IMG/VR virus record: IMGVR_UViG_3300009181_000155
Location: 1 to 39,565 of that record
Origin: a virus
Taxonomy: Duplodnaviria; Caudoviricetes
Strand: one strand, 5' to 3'
DNA length: 39,565 bases
Each line of letters begins with the position of its first letter. Position 1 is the first letter of the stretch. The translations under genes and the position numbers were made by a program. This document shows positions 34,703 through 39,565 of the stretch, piece after piece. The notes under the pieces were generated by a model. It did no database searches. It was given only the letters and a program-made list of their open reading frames with translations, and was not told the origin of the DNA.

Positions 34703-35373
34703 GCGCTCTCCTTAATTTGATAGTCTTTAAACACTGCGCCTTTACTAGCGTCACCACGAAAACATTCCTTGACCCAGCCACGCTTACCAGATTGATAGGT
34801 GCGCCAATGTCCTCTCGCCTGATGTCTTCGTGGGCTTGCATGTGTACCACCTTGAGGCTTTTGCTTTACTTGTGATGGCTCAATTACTATGGTGCGCCAG
34901 TCATACAACGGCTTTAAACCACGCTTGGCTCGGCTTACATTTGCCTTGTGTGGCGTTGGTACATACGCCTGCACCCGCGTATCTAAAGATGCGTAGAACA
35001 TAGCCAAAATAGCACACATCGTTGATTGGTTTTGCGAGTTAATTGGGCCGTCAACTTCTCCCGTTTTTGGTTCTCCATTGTGTTCAGCAATAAGAAAAGA
35101 CCCAAGTTGATCATACCCTGTCGGTCTTAGTATCCAACCGGTCACGATAGCTGTCTTTTGCTCTGTTAATACTGACAACATGAAAGTGCCTTGTTGTTTT
35201 AAACGACCGCAAAGCATCATATTTTTATATGGTGCTGGATGTAGTAAGTATTTGCGTTGGGAAAATTCAACCCACTCTTTAAGTGATTCACTCATATCAA
35301 ACCATTGCATTTGAGTTGGGTCAAGGTCAGCATCCAAAACCACCTTAACCATTTCTTTTATAAGTGGTGTCAT
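34699..35373 (-). CDS. Conserved phage protein with C-terminal HASPRRHxxRGHWR motif
   Basis: 224 aa; GGTHASPRRHQARGHWRTY..WVKEC..GDASKG. Confidence 0.8.
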   Translation of the reverse strand: MTPLIKEMVKVVLDADLDPTQMQWFDMSESLKEWVEFSQRKYLLHPAPYKNMMLCGRLKQQGTFMLSVLTEQKTAIVTGWILRPTGYDQLGSFLIAEHNGEPKTGEVDGPINSQNQSTMCAILAMFYASLDTRVQAYVPTPHKANVSRAKRGLKPLYDWRTIVIEPSQVKQKPQGGTHASPRRHQARGHWRTYQSGKRGWVKECFRGDASKGAVFKDYQIKESA

Positions 35374-35462
35374 CTGCCCCCCACTAAAATAACGCCAATA
35401 AGTACTCCGACTAGCCCACCAATCAGCCCACTACCAAATGCAAGTAGAATTTCAATTGTCAT
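35370..35462 (-). CDS. 30-aa single-TM microprotein (not in ORF track)
   Basis: MTIEILLAFGSGLIGGLVGVLIGVILVGGR; SD AGGTGG; stop overlaps next start (ATGA). Confidence 0.65.
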   Translation of the reverse strand: MTIEILLAFGSGLIGGLVGVLIGVILVGGR

Positions 35463-35463
35463 A

Positions 35464-35565
35464 TCACCACCTATGCCAGAGAACAATAATGACACCAGCA
35501 GCTATGCCAATAACGCCACCAGCAATTGATGCCAACAATTGATTTGTTAATAGAAATTCAGTCAT
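35464..35565 (-). CDS. 33-aa single-TM microprotein (not in ORF track)
   Basis: MTEFLLTNQLLASIAGGVIGIAAGVIIVLWHRW; SD AGGAG; ATGA overlap with upstream gene. Confidence 0.65.
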   Translation of the reverse strand: MTEFLLTNQLLASIAGGVIGIAAGVIIVLWHRW

Positions 35566-35975
35566 GTGTTCTTCTCCTGTAGCTTTGCTTCTATTTCAAG
35601 ACACAGATCATGCGTCCCTAGTTTCATATTCTCAAACTCCTCAATTTCTGCATCCGTCAGCCCCTGCCACTCAAATTTTGTGTAAAGCAGTTTTTCCTCA
35701 ATGGCATTAGCAATCAACGTGTTCTTCTCCTTGAGCTTTGTTTCAGCCCACCGTGCGCCAGCAAGCCAGTCGTTGCTGACCTCAAGATCGTCTATGTCAG
35801 CAAACGTCAGCCCCTGCCATTGGGGCTTCGTATAAAGCAGTTTTTCCTCAATGGCATTAGCAATCAGTCGGCGCTCTTGCGTCTTATCTTTGCTGCGCTG
35901 CTGAAAGCAGTCGTGAATTTCGTCGTCTGTCATGTGTTTTTCTTCTTGAGCGTTGACTCGGTCGTCTAAGCTCAT
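35562..35975 (-). CDS. Hypothetical protein with duplicated WQGLT..KLxEKNT module
   Basis: LIANAIEEKLLYTK..WQGLT twice; exact 34-nt repeat 35683-35716 = 35833-35866; alternative start 35933. Confidence 0.75.
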   Translation of the reverse strand: MSLDDRVNAQEEKHMTDDEIHDCFQQRSKDKTQERRLIANAIEEKLLYTKPQWQGLTFADIDDLEVSNDWLAGARWAETKLKEKNTLIANAIEEKLLYTKFEWQGLTDAEIEEFENMKLGTHDLCLEIEAKLQEKNT

Positions 35976-36006
35976 AGCCCCCTCGGCAATTCGGGTTGTC
36001 TTACAT

Positions 36007-36480
36007 TTAAACAGGAATCAACGCAGAACTAGGAATCCAAAACATAGGGGTTTTTCTTTCCCCTTTGCTGCTGTACCATTCTTTTCGTTTGCCATCTTTG
36101 CCTTTGATCCATCCGTGGACTAAAAATGTTGGGCCGGTTCCAGACACAAGCACAAATTTGTGGTTATCGTTATCATCATCTTTAATAATTAGATCGCTAT
36201 TACTGTCTGTTCTAGTTCTAATTTGCCAGTCAGGAAATATATCTGGATCTGACTTGGGGGCATTAACAGAGGCGTGCCAATATAACCCAAGGGCTTTTGC
36301 TCCTGCCATTTCTCCTTGTGCCCCCATAACATTTATATACCATCGTTTTTCAATACTATTTGTTTCTGACCCGTAGGTCTGTCTATGATTAAATATCTTA
36401 GAAGACAATTGGCGGCGCAGACCAACAATTGAAGCCAAGTACATTTCGTTTGGACTTAGGTGGACTTCTTTTACGGTCAT
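36007..36480 (-). CDS. Hypothetical protein, possibly PD-(D/E)XK-like fold
   Basis: GAQGEMA..PDI..WQIRT..FVLV..HGWI pattern; SD GGAGG. Confidence 0.6.
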   Translation of the reverse strand: MTVKEVHLSPNEMYLASIVGLRRQLSSKIFNHRQTYGSETNSIEKRWYINVMGAQGEMAGAKALGLYWHASVNAPKSDPDIFPDWQIRTRTDSNSDLIIKDDDNDNHKFVLVSGTGPTFLVHGWIKGKDGKRKEWYSSKGERKTPMFWIPSSALIPV

Positions 36481-36851
36481 TTCTTTAATACCTCCGCTAT
36501 AGACGGCACAACTTTTTCAATCGACCGTCCAATAACATAGCCGCCCAGGCCAAGCTGCACGATGTCCCACAGCTTCAAGACCTCTGCTTCTGTAATGTTG
36601 GGCGCGGAAAAACCCAGCCAACGAGCGACGATCAGACCGCCAAATGTAAGCATCAAGATAGGACGCCAGCACGCAGCCAACCAATGATCTGACTGTGCCT
36701 CTGCTTTGACAATCTCTGCCTGCCCAGCGTAAATAGCTAATGCCATCTGCACTTTGCTGCGTTCCATCTCTCCAGCATCGGGCCAGATTTTGTCGAGGAT
36801 AGTTTTCCCCGCGTCTAGCGCAGCGGTGAGGGGGTCAAGGCTCATTGCCAT
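36477..36851 (-). CDS. 3TM holin (GTA-type holin family)
   Basis: ILDKIWPD..AEAQSDHWLAACWRP..LGGYVIGRSIEK; near endolysin; two Met starts (36851, 36845). Confidence 0.8.
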   Translation of the reverse strand: MAMSLDPLTAALDAGKTILDKIWPDAGEMERSKVQMALAIYAGQAEIVKAEAQSDHWLAACWRPILMLTFGGLIVARWLGFSAPNITEAEVLKLWDIVQLGLGGYVIGRSIEKVVPSIAEVLKK

Positions 36852-37002
36852 TCTCCACAGGCAGCATAAACAACTTTACCAACATCTCTCTGCAATCCAT
36901 CAGCAGTTTGACTTCTTCATCCCAATTGCCTTCTTCGCAACCAGAATATTCATGGGTCATGCAGTAAATCATCTTATCAATGCGTGGTATCAAGTTATTC
37001 AT
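36835..37002 (-). CDS. 55-aa hypothetical protein (not in ORF track)
   Basis: MNNLIPRIDKMIYCMTHEYSGCEEGNWDEEVKLLMDCREMLVKLFMLPVENGNEP; fills the gap, overlapping both neighbours. Confidence 0.55.
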   Translation of the reverse strand: MNNLIPRIDKMIYCMTHEYSGCEEGNWDEEVKLLMDCREMLVKLFMLPVENGNEP

Positions 37003-37210
37003 TTTTCAGCCCCAATGCAATTCTTGCGCCTTCGATACCATGCTTCCATGCTTCAGTCAAATCGTCGTAATACTTATCTTCCATAGCTTCAAACTCTGCG
37101 CGAAGTTCCTCAGACCACATAAGTCCGTGCTGCCCTATAAAATCGCTAATTGCAACACCCAACCTGTCGATAGGGTTCATATTGCAGAAAACCTCTTTAA
37201 TCCCGTTCAT
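36995..37210 (-). CDS. Hypothetical acidic protein
   Basis: ATG 37210 overlaps the endolysin stop (ATGA). Confidence 0.6.
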   Translation of the reverse strand: MNGIKEVFCNMNPIDRLGVAISDFIGQHGLMWSEELRAEFEAMEDKYYDDLTEAWKHGIEGARIALGLKNE

Positions 37211-37626
37211 ACCCATTCTCCTGATTCCATCTGATTTGCAAGCCTATGAGCGCGGTCAGGGGTCTGCTTTTCCCATTTGCTATCCAGCATATGTTCGGCT
37301 GCGGCTTTGTAATCACCGTCCTTTACAGCCGCTAGCATTCCGGAGAAGCCCAGCAACCCCCGGATACCCATCTGAAAAGCCATGTTTACAAGTACAGCAA
37401 ACCTTGGTTCATTTAAATCTGTTGCCCAAGGCAGGGCTTCTAAAACTTGAGCAGTCTTTTCACCAATATCATTGGTAAGGAGAAAATCAATTTCAGCAGG
37501 ACTAAGACCCCCACCACGCCGAACATCAATAAGACGCCCAACCCCGATAGTAGTGAACCCAAGACTATCTTCATACGCATGGCGCACCACTCCCTCGTCT
37601 CTAATAAGTTGATCTTTAAGGTTCAT
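37207..37626 (-). CDS. Endolysin, GH24 T4-type lysozyme
   Basis: LIRDEG..YEDSLGFTTIGVG with E11/D20/T26 catalytic spacing; NMAFQMG..SKWEKQTPDRA. Confidence 0.92.
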   Translation of the reverse strand: MNLKDQLIRDEGVVRHAYEDSLGFTTIGVGRLIDVRRGGGLSPAEIDFLLTNDIGEKTAQVLEALPWATDLNEPRFAVLVNMAFQMGIRGLLGFSGMLAAVKDGDYKAAAEHMLDSKWEKQTPDRAHRLANQMESGEWV

Positions 37627-37799
37627 TTAAATCCCCAAATAAGCAGAGCAATAACCGCAGCAGCTAACGCAGCACCGAAAGACCAACGAAAGATTCCATC
37701 AATCGGGTTACGGTAATGAACAATAGCGCAGCCATAGTCAGCACCATCAGGAAACGCCTCATCAAGCGTCCTCGGAAACGTCCGAACTGTTGAGTTCAA
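37623..37799 (-). CDS. Small protein with RTFPRTLxEAF motif and C-terminal TM
   Basis: Probable TTG start at 37799 behind SD AGGAG; C-terminal FGAALAAAVIALLIW. Confidence 0.65.
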   Translation of the reverse strand: MNSTVRTFPRTLDEAFPDGADYGCAIVHYRNPIDGIFRWSFGAALAAAVIALLIWGFK

Positions 37800-37935
37800 T
37801 TTCTTCTCCTTTAAACAGAGGAAACAACTTACCGCCTTCTGCCGCCCATTGCCGAGCAGCAATCTCTCGTTGGGTTAACAGAATGCAAATGTCATCTTGC
37901 ATCACCATCCACGCTACCGGTTTTAAAGTATCCAT
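37762..37935 (-). CDS. Small hypothetical protein (PVAW motif)
   Basis: Probable start ATG 37935, MDTLKPVAWM. Confidence 0.55.
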   Translation of the reverse strand: MDTLKPVAWMVMQDDICILLTQREIAARQWAAEGGKLFPLFKGEEIELNSSDVSEDA

Positions 37936-38033
37936 GCTAAAAATCCAAAGAAAAACACTAACCCCACAGACCACCAACAACTATTCCTAAACATTTTTTT
38001 ATAGTATTCGTAATCCTCTTCTTCATCCGTCAT
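37923..38033 (-). CDS. 36-aa membrane microprotein (not in ORF track)
   Basis: MTDEEEDYEYYKKMFRNSCWWSVGLVFFFGFLAWIL; SD AAGGAG; ATGA overlap. Confidence 0.65.
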   Translation of the reverse strand: MTDEEEDYEYYKKMFRNSCWWSVGLVFFFGFLAWIL

Positions 38034-38257
38034 GTTTTGCTCCTTTGCGGCCAGCTATCGGGCCGTTTAAACCATTCAATTTCTTTAGGGCTGTTGTCTA
38101 TCCTGTTGCCGTAGACTTGAACTTCTCTCATCCTGTCGGTGTCCATACAGGGCCAACTCCACCGCTCTCCATCCCACCAACGTAGAGTATGTTGCCCTGT
38201 CGGCCACCATCCCACACTAGGTGGTTGCCCTAGGTTCTTGCTTTTTGTTGAATGCAT
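38030..38257 (-). CDS. Trp-rich small phage protein
   Basis: PPSVGWWPT..RWWDGERWS..IEWFKRPDSWP. Confidence 0.7.
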   Translation of the reverse strand: MHSTKSKNLGQPPSVGWWPTGQHTLRWWDGERWSWPCMDTDRMREVQVYGNRIDNSPKEIEWFKRPDSWPQRSKT

Positions 38258-38450
38258 TCCAGTTTTCTAACCAATCTCTCCGAAGTCTAGGTGGGCAGGG
38301 GCGAACAAAAGATTTATAAGGGCAGAACTCCACCGGGGTAGCCGGTTGGTCAACGAACTTACGTTCTTTTAGCGTATCTTTGGTGTGGAACCGTGTAAAT
38401 GGATCAACCGGTTTACCTTTTCTTCGTTCAGAGTTTTGCTGGCTCATCAT
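38217..38450 (-). CDS. Hypothetical basic protein
   Basis: 77-aa ORF tiling the minus-strand operon. Confidence 0.5.
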   Translation of the reverse strand: MMSQQNSERRKGKPVDPFTRFHTKDTLKERKFVDQPATPVEFCPYKSFVRPCPPRLRRDWLENWNAFNKKQEPRATT

Positions 38451-38742
38451 GTTCTACCAAAATTAATTTTTCAATGTCATCGCAAACAAGCTCACCAAAG
38501 GACTTGCCGCTCGGGAACCTCATCTGAGCCCCCTTGTTCTCTAAGGTGGCCTGCATTGCCGCTTTTAACCCGGCGTTGAAGGCTACGGTGTACACATCAC
38601 CTGAAGCGATTCGCGCATGGATAGCCTCTCGCATCAATTGGCTCATCGGGGTTCGCTTCCTTTTAGAGAAAGCCTTCATGTCCTTGTATACCGCTGGATC
38701 TAGGTATGCCATGAACGGTTTAAATTTAGGCGAAGGGGTCAT
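38428..38742 (-). CDS. Ribbon-helix-helix-like DNA-binding protein
   Basis: FMAYLDPAVYKDMKAFS..PMSQLMREAI strand-helix-helix pattern. Confidence 0.65.
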   Translation of the reverse strand: MTPSPKFKPFMAYLDPAVYKDMKAFSKRKRTPMSQLMREAIHARIASGDVYTVAFNAGLKAAMQATLENKGAQMRFPSGKSFGELVCDDIEKLILVEHDEPAKL

Positions 38743-39112
38743 TGGAATCTTCGTAGTCCTTTAGTAGTTTATCGAACTTGGTCTGCGCTTGTTTGTTACC
38801 GTGGAGTTCTGTTCGTGATTGAATGCCTAAAGATACGCACATTGTTTCTGCTGCTTCATCTTCAGTCTTGCATCCCATGAACCTTTGGAATAACTCTTCC
38901 TTGCAAAGTATTGCTGCCTTCTGCACACGGTTCTCATAGGTAACGGGTGACTCATCATCATTGATCCGTACCAAAGCGCAGCCATACCGAGCCCCGACAA
39001 AATCCCTTAGAAGCTCGTCAGGAATTTCATCAGGGTGTACGGACAATGTAAGAACATAGCCCGTCCGGTCTTGCTTTAAAGCAACCTTGCGGGCTTCAAA
39101 CTGGAGAGCCAC
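38726..39112 (-). CDS. Conserved hypothetical phage protein
   Basis: Probable GTG start 39112 (MALQFEARKVALKQ..HPDEIP..LC..FQRF..GIQSRTEL). Confidence 0.7.
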   Translation of the reverse strand: MALQFEARKVALKQDRTGYVLTLSVHPDEIPDELLRDFVGARYGCALVRINDDESPVTYENRVQKAAILCKEELFQRFMGCKTEDEAAETMCVSLGIQSRTELHGNKQAQTKFDKLLKDYEDSNDPFA

Positions 39113-39485
39113 GATGCCCCGCTTGAGAATCCCTAAGCCCAATCTGCCACTCAAAGTAACTAATCAGCACTTGGTAGCCCTTCACCTCATCCCTAGCCTT
39201 GAGGACGCTTTTAGCCATGTCCTCAAGCTCTTCTTTAAGGGAATGAATACACTTAACAAGCTCTTCTTCAGTCTTGGTTTGTTCTTTAATTACATTCCGA
39301 ACCACCTCAACCCCAGGCTTTATAGCCCTTTTCTTCTTAATTGTTTTCCTAACCAAGCCAAGAGCTTGCGCCCTAAGTTTGTAAATGTTTGAAGAGTGTG
39401 AGTTGGGAAACTCTTTTACCGCATCCTTTACCGTGGATTGTGGATTGGCCTTAAAGAACTCTCTAATTTTTTCTGATTCAGTCAT
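39096..39485 (-). CDS. Hypothetical protein, possible N-terminal HTH plus coiled coil
   Basis: SD TAAGGAG; KIREFFKANPQSTVKD..SNIYKLR. Confidence 0.7.
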   Translation of the reverse strand: MTESEKIREFFKANPQSTVKDAVKEFPNSHSSNIYKLRAQALGLVRKTIKKKRAIKPGVEVVRNVIKEQTKTEEELVKCIHSLKEELEDMAKSVLKARDEVKGYQVLISYFEWQIGLRDSQAGHRGSPV

Positions 39486-39496
39486 TTAAATTCTCC

Positions 39497-39565
39497 TTAA
39501 AACGGAAAGTCTTCTTCGTTGTAATTCGACTTCTTGGGGGGTGGGCTTGTACCATCAGGAACAAA
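39497..39565 (-). CDS. 3' end of an SSB-like gene, truncated by the window edge
   Basis: Reads FVPDGTSPPPKKSNYNEEDFPF-stop; acidic DFPF tail typical of SSB C-termini. Confidence 0.6.
   Translation of the reverse strand, partial: FVPDGTSPPPKKSNYNEEDFPF

Noticed and set aside
35305-35529. 74-aa plus-strand ORF
   Set aside because: Antisense shadow of the two TM microproteins, which have SDs and coupled overlaps
1-39565. Alternative genetic code, tRNA genes, integrase or att site
   Set aside because: Standard code gives dense tiling with all three stops used; no cloverleaf or integrase noticed by eye

Overview
The window is a continuous piece of a tailed dsDNA phage genome with podovirus-like organisation, resembling uncultured freshwater phages. 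A Betaproteobacteria-type host is inferred, not shown. The + strand (5-33405) is the morphogenesis operon: Mu gpT-like major capsid gene, terminator, promoter and a multi-pseudoknot RNA element; an RcGTA-like head-spike base with a six-repeat propeller fibre; basic low-complexity proteins sharing (F/Y/M/L)-x-x-G-G motifs; an Endo VII-type homing endonuclease between two DUF5872-like half genes; neck, fibre and nozzle genes; three putative ejection proteins; and a 3234-aa polyvalent protein. The - strand (33386-39565) carries short accessory genes, a GH24 endolysin, a 3TM holin and the tail of an SSB-like gene. Main leads: (1) 11 TonB-box-like motifs (QRVEITG type) in a putative ejection protein, suggesting the phage may use host TonB during entry; (2) a shared xxxGG motif and a C-terminal tag across many virion proteins; (3) effector modules in the giant protein delimited by LSLR-type junctions, with small overprinted ORFs in its linkers; (4) the structured RNA after the capsid gene. 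All family assignments are from motif recognition by eye; no searches were run.
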